From Macrostomum lignano (taxonomy: Eukaryota), in NCBI GenBank assembly GCA_002269645.1, contig NIVC01000487.1, positions 187,825 through 251,824 of the forward strand: a stretch of 64,000 bases of DNA, in the 5' to 3' direction. Both the position numbers and the translations under genes were made by a program. Below are positions 1-11,522 of the stretch, piece by piece. How positions within the stretch are numbered: the stretch's first letter is position 1; every line of letters begins with the position of its first letter. A model generated the notes under the pieces. That model was given only the letters and a program-made list of their open reading frames with translations. It did not search any database and was not told the origin of the DNA.

Positions 1-1360
1 CCGCTGCCACCGGCGCTGCTACCAACAATGCGAGTGACCATCTCCTGAGCTGGATGGCGAGCTCGTCGCAGGTGCAAGAAGCTGTCCAGACTGCAGGCTG
101 CGCAGATGAAGCCGGAGGCTGCGTTGCAAGCGCCGATGATCATCGAGTAGGTGAAGTCCAGCTGGCTGGGCAGAAACCGGCAGCGCAGGCTGGCGTCTCT
201 GGGATCGGTTGAAACTCGAACCCAGAGGTTGACGGGCACAAGGCCTGTGAATTCGGAAGAGGGGGAGGGGGTTAAATGCCTTTTTAAATTAATTCCATTG
301 GAAATAAGCACTTTTAAGAATTTTAGAACTTAGAGTTCTACGAGCGTAAAAATAGCCACCAATTAAATCGATGACCGCTGCTTCACCATCTAAAAATAGC
401 AGCCAATTATAATTCATCCTTCATTAGGCTAATTATTAGTTTCTAATTATCGATTACATTTCGATAAATGTAATGTAGTGATGTAGTGAACTTCTCCCAA
501 GTCCATGTGTACATAATGATCCGTCATGCGATTGATCATGATTATCGCTTATCGTGTCCTACAGCGATTAAGGAAAATTTAATAATAAGGGATAACTCAA
601 CCTCATGCATAGTTTCGACCACGGAATACTGTATTCTGTATTCTGTGTATTCTGTGGTTTTGACTGTGGGCTGTAGGCATTGTCGAAAAAGTCACCAAAT
701 GTTATTGATGTTGCATTGAAAGGTTAGACCTTCAGGAACAAAAATGGTCACCCGTAAGTTCTCTGTCCTACTCTTTTCGAATATTACTTTTCACAATATG
801 ATGGCGTGATTGCGACGACCTTGGGGAATCCCCAAAGGTCAGCGCCCACCTCACTCTCACTGGCGCGATAGGTGGGCAGTTGGAGACACTTTCTAAAAAT
901 AGCAACCAATCAGATCTCCAGGGCAGCCTGAAGAAGCCTTCTCACCAGTGACAAAAGCGGCGCACGACCAGACGCTAACGATGAGCAGCGGCTTCACCTT
1001 GTTTGTCACCCAGCCGTTGTAGACCGGGCCGCCTTCCTTTCGCAGCAGGAACAGCCGATCAACGGCAAAGAATGCCGTGCCCAGCAGCGACACCAGCAGA
1101 GACGAGTGCAAGCTGAACACGAACAGGCGGCAGGTGACCGCCGACCACGGGATTCCCCCAAGCACCACGCTGATGAGCAGCGGCGCAGCTAGCAAGGTGT
1201 ACAGCGCGTTCCTCAGCATCAGGCCGGCCAGGCAGATGTCCAGACTTCTGAGCAGGCCTCGGAAGTGCAGCAGCAGCAGGCAAAAGAGACCCAGCGATGG
1301 CACCGCCAGAACTAACAGGGAGAGCCAGGCTATGGCCTCCTGCCTGTAGAACTGTGCCAT
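1..1360 (-). CDS. Class A (rhodopsin-like) orphan GPCR, partial; reminiscent of the GPR153/GPR162 group
   Basis: Exon 1360-946 (MAQFYRQEAIAWLSLLVL...SAVTCRLFVFSL...AVDRLFLL...WSCAAFVT) has TM1-TM4, the TM3 Cys and a DRL motif. GTGAG donor at 945. Phase-1 acceptor at 245 leads into exon 244-1 (GLVPV...CRFLPSQLDFTYSMII, ECL2 Cys plus TM5), which continues beyond the window. Family assignment is from memory of the motifs, not a search. Confidence 0.8.
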
Positions 1361-1959
1361 GCTCTGTCTACTGCTTCTATTTCTTGCGGAGTTTCTCTCT
1401 GTATTTTTGCTGCTTTTAGCAAATGTAGCTACAAAAGGAAGGCTTTCTCCTTTTCCATAGGGTGGAGTCAAGAGCATTCAAGAGCCGAAATGATTTTTTT
1501 CTCGCCTTGGTCCTTTGCCCCCCCCCCCTGTTTCTCGCTTTCTCAATTCCGGCGCTATGCTAGCAGAATTCCAATTTGAGCACAAATTCAGCTTAAGCGA
1601 GTAATCCGTACTGAACCAAACCGATAAGTTTTTAGCGGGGGTTAGAGAGAGAGAGAGAGCAAAGCCACCGCAAAGCTGCTCAGCGAGGCATGATGTGAGA
1701 ACAGTTTATTAGGTTTACAATCTCAAGCTGATTTGGTTTCAACATGCATTAATAAATGCGAGTGCGTGCGTTTTTGACGTACCTTCATAAAATTTGCAGA
1801 CACTGCATGAATTCCCAACTGAGGATAAGACGACGCCCAGGGTCTCAGAGGTCTCAGACTTTGCCGTTGGACTCCTTGTGTTGCGAATCTGAACTAGAAC
1901 AAGAGCGAATATCGGAAGCAGAACCAGACAAAACAACCAGAAATAGAACAAAATCAGGA

Positions 1960-2525
1960 ATAAAAATAAAAAAACAACACAGAAAAGTGACAAAAAAGAA
2001 CAAGAACGAGAACAATATAGCGAGAGCAAGAACCACAACCAGAACCAGAACAAGAGCCAGAACCAGAACACGAACCAGAACAAGAACAAGAACCAGAACA
2101 AGAACAAGAAAAAGAAACTAGAATAAGAGCCAGAACCAGAACAAGAGCCAGAACCAGAACAAGAGCCAGAACCAGAACAAGAGCCAGAACCAGAACAAGA
2201 GCCAGAACCAGAAAAGAACCAGAACTAGAACTAGAACAAGAACGAGAACCAGAACAAGAACCTGAATCAGAACCAGAAAAAGAGCAAGAGCAAGAGTCAG
2301 AGTCAGAACCACAACCAGAACCAGAACAAAACACGAACCAGTACAAGAACCAGAACCAGAACACGAACCAGAACAAGAACAAGAACCAGAACAAGAACAA
2401 GAAAAAGAAACTAGAATAAGAGCCAGAACCAGAACAAGAATCAAAACCAGAACCAGAACAAGAATCAAAACCATAACCAGAACCAGAACAAGAACCAGAA
2501 AAAGAACCGGAACGGGAGCAAGAAC
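1960..2525. repeat. Degenerate 6-bp (AGAACC/AGAACA) microsatellite with an internally duplicated block
   Basis: Direct inspection; source of the RT/VL/SC-repeat ORFs. Confidence 0.9.
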
Positions 2526-3552
2526 ACGAGGGCTTAAGGGCAATTTCCTTCGATCACGTGTGACCTGATTCGTGAATTAATTGAAATTCAAACTAAATGT
2601 CCTTATGATTAAGACCAGGTAAATGATTAAAATTTCGGAGCCACGCAAACGGAAACTTTCCCAAAGACAGCAAATAATCACTGACAAAGGTTCTGACTAT
2701 CGCCAGCTTAGCTCGTACGAACCGCGATTCAAACTTTCAAAGTACGCACTATTCAAGCGAACAACAAATTCACTGTTTGGAAAAAACAAGTCGCTATTTT
2801 GCTATGCTGAATGAATTCCGCTAAGGCCTGCTTTGCCGTTGACATTTCGCTGCTCCGCAGGCATCCCTTCACTTTTCTTCGCTCTCCCCAATGCCCCAAA
2901 ATCCCTTCGGTTTCGAAAAGGTTTTCATAAAAAGCAACAGGCGCGCGCGCGCGCGCACGAAGCGACGTTCAAATGCCAGAGAGGCTTGACGTCCGACCCA
3001 GCGAGGCTCTGTGTACAAAACAGGACCAACCCCGGAGCCAACGCTGCCATTGATTTCATTGCTTCAAGCCAGACAGAGCCAGCCGTCGGCATTTTCTTTG
3101 CTTCTAGTAGGAGCGCAGGAAATGCAAGTGTTCGTTGCCAGTATCGATCGACTTGCCGACTGTGCGGTGCGTGGCATGAAGCACAGAGAGAGAAGGTTAG
3201 CCTTAGCATCCCTCAAGGCCACTAAAGTTTCCCTTGCATACAGAATATGCCCCTCCAGCATAAGGGGGGGGGCTACCAGTGGAACAATTTATGCAACGCG
3301 ACGATGCAATTCGAAGTCCACCACCACCACCACCACCACGCCCCCGCGCCTTCCCCGCGGACCCTCCTCCCCACCTCCACAGGGGGGATGTCAGGAATGG
3401 GAATAAATGCGCAGACACTTACTGGCGCGGCCATCCCGCCCGCTTTTCCCGACGCTTTCCGCCCAGCCGAGCCGAGCAAAAAATTTCTTTAACATCAACT
3501 TTCTCTCTAGCTTTCTGTTTCTCGGCAGAGCCCAGTTGTCAACAGCGAGTCC

Positions 3553-6500
3553 ATGGCCGACGAGGAGAACCAGTGAGTCCTTTGAGGGGCTGTGAAATAT
3601 GCAGTATCCGTATTAACCAACTATTTTACAGTTTAACCATGATCTAGTAATTGAATCTCAGTAGGAGGCTTTTGATATTGCGGTAATACTCCTCTGAGCA
3701 TTTCTCAGTGGCTTAACGAAGCAACGCCTGAGCTACAAGACCAGCTGAGCAAATGATTAATAATGCTTTGGACTGGAGTAAAAGCTCTGGGGGGACATGC
3801 CAATGCATTGTCCCCCCCACCCCACCTTGTGAGTCGTTGTGGTAATCAATAATTTTTCTTCAGGGCGCCAAAATATAGCGCCTTCGGCGCTAAAATGAGT
3901 GCCTTCGGCGCTAAAATGAGTGCCTTCGGCGCTAAAATGAGTGCCTTCGGCGCTAAAATGAGTGCCTTCGGCGCTAAAATGAGTGCCTTCGGCGCTAAAA
4001 TGAGTGCCTTCGGCGCTAAGATGAGTGCCTGCGGCACTAAAATGAGTGCCTTCGGCGCTAAAATGAGTGCCTGCGGCGCTAAAATGAGTGCCTTCGGCGC
4101 TAAAATGAGTGCCTTCGGCGCTAAGATGAGTGCCTGCGGCACTAAAATGAGTGCCTTCGGCGCTAAAATGAGTGCCTGCGGCGCTAAAATGGGGCCAGAG
4201 ACGCTAAAATGAGTGCCTGCGGCGCTAAAATGAGTGCCTTCGGCGCTAAGATGAGTGCCTGCGGCGCTAAGATGAGTGCCTGCGGCGCTAAAATGAGTGC
4301 CTTCGGCGCTAAGATGAGTGCCTGCGGCGCTAAAATGAGTGCCTGCGGCGCTAAAATGAGTGCCTGCGGCGCTAAAATGGGGCCAGAGACGCTAAAATGA
4401 GTGCCTTCGGCGCTAAGATGAGTGCCTGCGGCGCTAAAATGAGTGCCTGCGGCGCTAAAATGAGTGCCTTCGGCGCTAAGATGAGTGCCTGCGGCGCTAA
4501 GATGAGTGCCTGCGGCGCTAAAATGAGTGCCTGCGGCGCTAAAATGAGTGCCTTCGGCGCTAAAAATGAGTGCCTGCGGCGCCAAAAGGAGTGCATACGC
4601 TGCCAAAATTTAGTCATGTACATGTACATGTATATGTTGAATTCTTGGCTTTGTCGCCCCCACCATAAAATCCATGACGACGCCCCTGCTGGACAATCAA
4701 TTTCGGACAAGTTCGGGCGATAAAGGAAGAGAACTCCAACAACTCCAACGTTTAACAATGCACGCCGACTCTACTATTAGTAGCTTGTAGGCATATAAAT
4801 TTCAAATCCGAAATGACACGGCAGCAATGCCCTAAAACACACAATGACCGCGCAGAGAGCCGACAGTCGAGGAGGAGGCTGCGGCCCCTCCGGCCCAGCA
4901 GGAGGAGGAGGCCGAGGCAGCGCCGCCTCCGCCGCCTCCGCCGCCGGCTGAGAAGCCGAAGCAGCTGCACCAGGGTGCCAGCTTTGCTGAGTAAGCCCCC
5001 CCCCTCGGCCCAGCATCCCCGAGTATCCCTCATCCGCTGTGCAGAGTTGCTGCTTTCCTCTTGATTCTACAATATGAATAACAAACACAAATCAAATACA
5101 TATCATAATTGCTTTCAGCTTTGGTTGCTTGCCTTGCGCTTCTAGTAGCTGGTAGTAATTGTTAGCTTCTGCAGCGTCAGCCATGGTAGCAGTAGTATTC
5201 AGTAGTATATCTGATTGTGCATGCTGGCGGTCGGTGAATGGGAGGTAGGAGCTCTGCGTATTCGGACTGCATGCCAAGCCAGCCACGAGGAGTCTGTATT
5301 GCTGCACCTGATGAAGCGTTCTGTAATCATCACTGAACGGCACTTTATTTCCAGAGACGAAAGCGGTCGTAACGAGGCGCAGATTCGGATGGAGGTGAGC
5401 AGATTTGGTTGCCAGGACAATGTTGGCCTTAGCGACTTTGTTTATTCTAATGAATTTATTACCTTATTGCCTTATTACCTTATTCCCCATCATTGCGCAG
5501 GAGGAGAAGAAGAAGCGCATGGCCAAGATGGAGGAGGAGATGAAGGAGTACGAGGAGATGCGCAAAGAGGAGCGGGAGAAGCTGGCACAGGAGATCTCGG
5601 AGCTCAGGTCCAAGCGGGTGAGTTGTTGCAGCCTTCTGACACACAGTCACTCTGGTGCGCTTGTCACTCCCGGTGTACTGTCATCTTGTCACTCTAATGT
5701 ACTGTTATCTTGTCACTCTGGTGTGCTATTATCTTGTCACTCTAATGTACTGTTATATTGTCACTCTGGTGTGCTGTTATCTTGTCACTCTAATGTACTG
5801 TTATATTGTCACTCTGGTGTGCTGTTATCTTGTCACTCTAATGTACTGTTATATTGTCACTCTGGTGTGCTGTTATCTTGTCACTCTAATGTACTGTTAT
5901 GTTGTGCTATTATCTTTCACTCTGGTGTGCTGTTACCTTGTCACTCTAATGTACTGTTATCTTGCTACTCTGGTGTGCTGTCATCTTGCCACTCTGGTGT
6001 GCTATTATCTTGTCACTCTAATGTACTGTTATCTTGCTACTCTGGTGTGCTGTCATCTTGCCACTCTGGTGTGCTATTATCTTGTCACTCTAATGTATTG
6101 TCTCACAGTCACTCTGGTGTACTGTCACACTCAGTGCCCCGAGCGTATGCCACTATTTTACTCTCTTAGCACTATAACTAACAAACTGGCAATTAACCTG
6201 TCACCGAAACCGCTACCGCTGCCACCCGCCCGGCCTTCCGGTTTCCAGGAGCAGAGGAAGCAGGAGCGGGCCGAGGAGGAGAAGCGGCTGGCTGAGCTGC
6301 GCGCCGTCGAAGAGCAGAAGCGACGCGCCGAAGAGGTTTGGAATTGCCATTATTTAAACATTTGAGTTCCCATTATACTACTGATTGTCGCCTAGATTAG
6401 TAGCCTGCTAAGTATATGAGCTCTCTTTGTCGATAATTTTCGAACGCAATTTTTCTGCCGCTGTCTCTGCAGGAGGAGCGACAGCGCCGCAAGCGCGAGG

Positions 6501-9500
6501 AGGAGGCCAAACGAAAGGAGGAGCGGGAGAAGAAGAAGAAGGAGGCTGAGGAGCGGATGAAGAGTCAGAGCCAGCGCAATTTCACAATCAGCAAGAAGTC
6601 TGGCGGCGAGGTGAGCGGAGGTTGCTTAAGCTGATTGCTTAAACTTGCACTCCGTGACCCTGGTCAGCGATATCCTGTTTTAGAGCAGCTTCTCACGCAA
6701 TTCGATTTAGATTATTCTAGTTTTAATTTTTAATCTGAATAATTTCTTCCCAACTCATTGCCAAGGACTACTCAAGTCCTTGAGTACGTTTCTTGGAAAA
6801 TTTTAAAAGACAGGTTTCACCAAAAAACGTACAATCGTACATGCCCCGTGCCTAAAATCATAAAAATGGCAAAAACTCTCTCGACTTATTGGTTTTATGA
6901 ATCTATTTTATGAATTTTTGTTTAAATGACTGTGAAACAATATGTGTAACAGAATGATAAAATAGTTTCATAGAACCAATAAGTCGAGAGAGTTGTTGCC
7001 ATTCTTATGATTGTTAGGCACAGGATATAAAATTAACACAGAATTCTATTTTTTAATGAGAAGCTTTATGAACATCAATAGAGCTATAAGAAGGGCAAGA
7101 CACATCAAAAGAAGAACATTGGGTCTGCCTTCTATCAGAAGCAATAACAACAGAGCCAGAAGCTGAAAACATGAAAACCTTCTATCTCGGCATTGTTTTT
7201 CAAGAGGTTTTCCAAGAAACGTTGTTTCCCATCTTTCTACTTGAGCAGTCCTTGCTAATTGCATTAAAATTAGTAGTAGTTTTTGTAATTGACCACCTGT
7301 ACACCAAAAGCCATCATTCAAAGCCTGTTCACTATGTTGAATTCATATGAAAAAGTCGAATTCATAAAAGACCAAACACATTCTTAATTACCAAATTGTA
7401 GGCTGACGCCAAGAAGCAGGTAAAAATTAACGAGATAGCAAATCGATTCCCGATGGAAATTTGACCCTCCTCTAGGAGCCAAGAGTTTCAAATGCGTTAG
7501 TCAAGGGTGCACGCTCCGTACTAAGCCATCAATGTATAAAATGCACGATCGCGGGAGTGGCACTAACGAACTGTTTCCCAAGTTGTTAAACACGGACCGG
7601 GCATTCGCCAGTTATTACTATAAGTAGAAGCCTTAGCAACTATTCGGTAACAAGTTGGCCGCATCTTTAGTCGAAATTTATTGCGCATCGAAAACCAACT
7701 ATTCACCTTGCATTTGCTCTCAGTCCTTGACCTGAATTGAATGACCACGCAAACCCAATATTGGATCATTTTTAATGCGTACATCTGGGCGATGCATGTA
7801 TTTTTTAATACCAGTGGAATTCATAGAAATTATCGATCGATAGAGACTGTATGCTGGCCTTGGCTAGGCGGAGTGAGGTGGCTGCATGGTCAGGGAAAGG
7901 GGTAGAGTAAATAAGGGTAGAATGCCACTGTACAATGGAAGGCGCAATGTACATTTACAAGAGCTCAACCAATCAGAATCGCCTTTTGTTAATTTTTTTA
8001 ATTAACCGCAGGCTGGAGCCTCCGGCGCGGACGAAGCCAAGCAGGGCAAGTCCAAGGAGCAGCTGGAGGCCGAGAAGAAGGCCGCTCTGGAGCAGCGGGT
8101 TCAGCCGCTGAATATTGACGGATTCAGCGAGTCTCAGCTGCAGGAGAAGGCCAAGGAGCTGTTCTCTAAGATCTACTCGCTCGAGGGAGACAAATATGAT
8201 CTTGAGCAGCGGTTCAAGGGGCAGAATATGGAGGTGCGGTTTTATATGCGTGTTTTTGACTTATATAGTTTGAACAGTTTCCAGTTTGAGTAGTTTGCAG
8301 TTAGAGTAGTTTGCAGTTCGAGTAGTTTGCAGTTCGAGTAGTTTCCAGGTCGAGTAGTTTCCAGGTCGAGTAGTTTCCAGTTCGAGTAGTTTGCAGTTCA
8401 AGTAGTTTGCAGTTCGAGTAGTTTGCAGTTCGAGTAGTTTACAGTTTGAACAGTTCGTAGTTCAAGTACTCGAAGTTTCTCATCAAAGTTGCAAATACGA
8501 TTCGAATTTCAGATGGTCGAGCTCACAGAGCGCGCTCGTCAGATGCAGAAGGGGTGCGTGTGCATTGTTTTGAAGGATTTCTATCAGGAAGTCGTTAACA
8601 AAACAGCTTTGTAATAAAAATCGATTAAAACACTCAAATCTTCCTTTTAAATTCTCAGAGGCCAGAAGGGATCCAGCAGCAAGGTTCAGACTGCTCCGTA
8701 AGTCGAAACTGCCGCTAATATTTCGTAAAAAAACAACAGAGTAAAGATAAACCCAATAAATTATCTTTGTTTTGCATTGTCATTTTTAGTGACCCGCTGT
8801 CCGAGAAACTTGGCAGCATCCCGGTAAGCAAAGCGTTAAACTGGCTCCGACTTTTAATTATCTGTTCCATTCGGCCACTCCCCGTGCTCTTCCGCTTCTT
8901 TCCGCTCCGCTTCTTTCTGTTCCGCTGCTTTCTGTTCCGCTTCTTTCTGTTCCGTTCCGCTTCTTTCTTTTTCGCTTCTTTCTGTTCCGCTTCTTTCTGT
9001 TCCGCATCTTTCTGTTCCGCTTCTTTCTGTTCCGCTTCTTTCTGTTCCGCTTCTTTCTGTTCCGCTTCTTTCTGTTCCGCTTCTTTCTGTTCCGCTTCTT
9101 TCTGTTCCGCTTCTTTCTGTTCCGCTTCTTTCTGTTCCGCTTCTTTCTGTTCCGCTTCTTTCTGTTCCGCTTCTTTCTGTTCCGCTTCTTTCTGTTCCGC
9201 TTCTTTCTGTTCCGCTTCTTTCTGTTCCGCTTCTTTCCGTTCCGTTCCGCTTCTTTCTGTTCCGCTTCTTTCCGTTCCGCTTCTTTCCGTTCCGCTTCTT
9301 TCCGTTCCGCTTCTTTCTGTTCCGCTTCTTTCTGTTCCGCTTCTTTCTGTTCCGCTCCGCTTCTTTCTGTTCCGCTTCTTTCTGTTCCGCTTCTTTCCGT
9401 TCCGTTCCGCTTCTTTCTGTTCCGCTTCTTTCCGTTCCGCTTCTTTCCGTTCCGCTTCTTTCCGTTCCACTTCTTTCTGTTCCGCTTCTTTCCGTTCCGT

Positions 9501-9791
9501 TCCGCTTCTTTCTGTTCCGCTTCTTTCCGTTCCGCTTCTTTCGGTTCTCCATGAGAAGCTCCGCGCCGCCCGCAGCCGAAGATCGTGATGTACAGCCAGT
9601 ACGAGCGAGTCAAAGACCACCGCGGCTTCGGCGAGCGTCAGGAGCTGTTCAAAGGCCCGATCTACGGCATCGAGTACGAGCGGATCAAGCCCAGCTCGAA
9701 GATCGTCCTGACTGAGAGCGGGCCGAGGGCCGTCGAGCTCACCGAGAACGGTGACGAGCCAGCGCCAGCCGCCGTTGAGGCAGCCGAGTGA
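3553..9791 (+). CDS. TNNT: Troponin T (invertebrate type), 12 coding exons
   Basis: Exons 3553-3572, 4856-4990, 5355-5394, 5501-5617, 6249-6335, 6473-6610, 7402-7419, 8012-8233, 8513-8553, 8659-8697, 8790-8823, 9576-9791. All are GT-AG with matching phases. The translation has the Glu/Arg/Lys-rich helix and TnT motifs KSKEQLEAEKKAALEQRVQPLNIDG, EGDKYDLEQRFK and PKIVMYSQYERVKD. Confidence 0.92.
3862..4580. repeat. 21-bp minisatellite (GGCGCTAAAATGAGTGCCTTC) in TnT intron 1
   Basis: About 33 units; source of the MSAFGAK/KALILAP ORFs. Confidence 0.95.
5645..6125. repeat. 24-bp minisatellite with two alternating variants (48-bp dimer)
   Basis: GTCACTCTAATGTACTGTTATCTT alternates with GTCACTCTGGTGTGCTGTTATATT. 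Confidence 0.9.
6760..7255. mobile_element. Fold-back / MITE-like nested inverted repeat in a TnT intron
   Basis: Inner arms about 6848-6911 and 6957-7021 are reverse complements (about 64 bp, a few mismatches). Outer segments CAAGGACTACTCAAGT...ACGTTTCTTGGAAAA (about 6762-6800) match the reverse complement of about 7208-7254. Confidence 0.6.
8270..8480. repeat. 16-bp minisatellite (CGAGTAGTTTGCAGTT)
   Basis: Direct inspection. Confidence 0.85.
8890..9545. repeat. 15-bp pyrimidine-rich minisatellite (TTCCGCTTCTTTCTG) in the last TnT intron
   Basis: Direct inspection; source of the KEAEQ/GTERS/ASFCS ORFs. Confidence 0.95.
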
Positions 9792-10961
9792 AGCTGAAAG
9801 CAACGGAAGACTTTAATAATTTTGTTAATCCCATCTCTAATCGCCTCTAAACGGACTGGAGGCTCATTTTTTCGCTAAATGTTCAGTCCTTCTTCTTCAT
9901 TGGCCTCCGCCACCCCCCCCCTCAAGCCCGCCGTCGGCCTTCGATTTCGTTGCGTGTTTTTTTGCTAGAAACATTTCAATCACTCGAGCCATCTAGCTAG
10001 AACCGGGCATCTTTGAAATTATTCAGCCAACTCTCCGCTTAAGTCTGCGAGTAGCAATGTCCAACTCTTCACTTTTAAATCGAAAAAGTAAACATCGTTA
10101 GCAACTATGTTATTAAAGTAGCATTCTTACTGCTTATTTAACCTTCTATTCAAACGATATTTCTCAAGCCTTGGCAACTGTGCTAGTAGCAGCTTCATCA
10201 GCGCATTAAATCTATAACTAATAATTATAACAAATTTCCCGCTTGTGCCTCCCCGCTTTTCTCTCGCACCGCTTTTTTCACATAATTAATAAAAGTCATA
10301 AATTTTTGACTGTCTGTTTCTTTCTACCACTGGAAATGCACTCAGAAGAATGTCAGTCAAAAATGCATCAGCCGCCTCAGTATTAAAGTGTTCAAATAAT
10401 TCATATCTGCTTATATACTCGTATATTCGTATATGTCAATTTTGCACCATTCACCCGATCACAATTTCAACCCCTTTGGAATACGACAGAAACTCATTAG
10501 CGCTTCCAAAAGCAATAAAAAAGCACACAGTTTTTCTTAGCCAACTGTCCCAAGTCTCCAACTGAGAAAAATACATTTTTATTAGAATCTGGAGAACAAA
10601 AAGCACTCCTTTGATCAATAAAAATTGTACTTAATGGGAATGTGTAACTATTTGTTTAGTTTTTGCGTTTTTGCTTATTAAGAAATTGACAGGCAAGGCT
10701 GGTGCATAAAAAATTAAAGTTTCATGCAAACTGAAATTGTTAGTTTATTTTGAATTTCCTTATAAAGTCAGCTTTAAAGTTGTTACAGAATTGTATTGCG
10801 TTATGATTAATATGGTGCCGAAAAGCGAACATGGCTATACAGAAATCAATGCCAAACTTCGGTACACACTACTGCAACTAGGAAGGGGAAGTGTGTAAGT
10901 CTTGTGGCCGTGGGAGACTTTGGTGCAACAGAAATCTGCTGCATGAGTGCTGAAGAGCGTC

Positions 10962-11365
10962 TAGCTGAGTGTGTAGCTGAGTGTGTAGCTGAGTGTGTAG
11001 CTGAGTATCTAGCTGAGTGTGTAGCTGAGTGTGTAGCTGAGTGTGTAGCTGAGTGTGTAGCTGAGTGTGTAGCTGAGTGTGTAGCTGAGTATCTAGCTGA
11101 GTGTGTAGCTGAGTGTGTAGCTGAGTGTGTAGCTGAGTGTGTAGCTGAGTGTGTAGCTGAGTGTGTAGCTGAGTGTGTAGCTGAGTGTGTAGCTGAGTGT
11201 GTAGCTGAGTGTGTAGCTGAGTGTGTAGCTGAGTGTGTAGCTGAGTGTGTAGCTGAGTGTGTAGCTGAGTGTGTAGCTGAGTGTGTAGCTGAGTGTGTAG
11301 CTGAGTGTGTAGCTGAGTGTGTAGCTGAGTGTGTAGCTGAGTGTGTAGCTGAGTGTGTAGCTGAG
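10962..11365. repeat. 12-bp minisatellite (AGCTGAGTGTGT)
   Basis: About 33 nearly perfect units. Confidence 0.95.
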
Positions 11366-11522
11366 GTTATAACACGCTCTAGCTGGGTGTGGGAGTTTCT
11401 CCCTCAAATCTATCTGACGCTTAAATCAAGCTGATTAGGAAAATGGTCATAACCATTTATGGAAATGTTAGCGTGCTGCAGAAGGTTGTGAGGCCAAGTG
11501 TAATAAATACTGAGCCGAGAAC

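Noticed and set aside
5092-5420. Minus-strand ORFs overlapping troponin T introns
   Set aside because: No recognisable domain or splice structure; they are antisense to a well-supported gene.
8715-9803. KEAEQ / GTERS / ASFCS repeat ORFs
   Set aside because: They are the 15-bp array inside the last troponin T intron.
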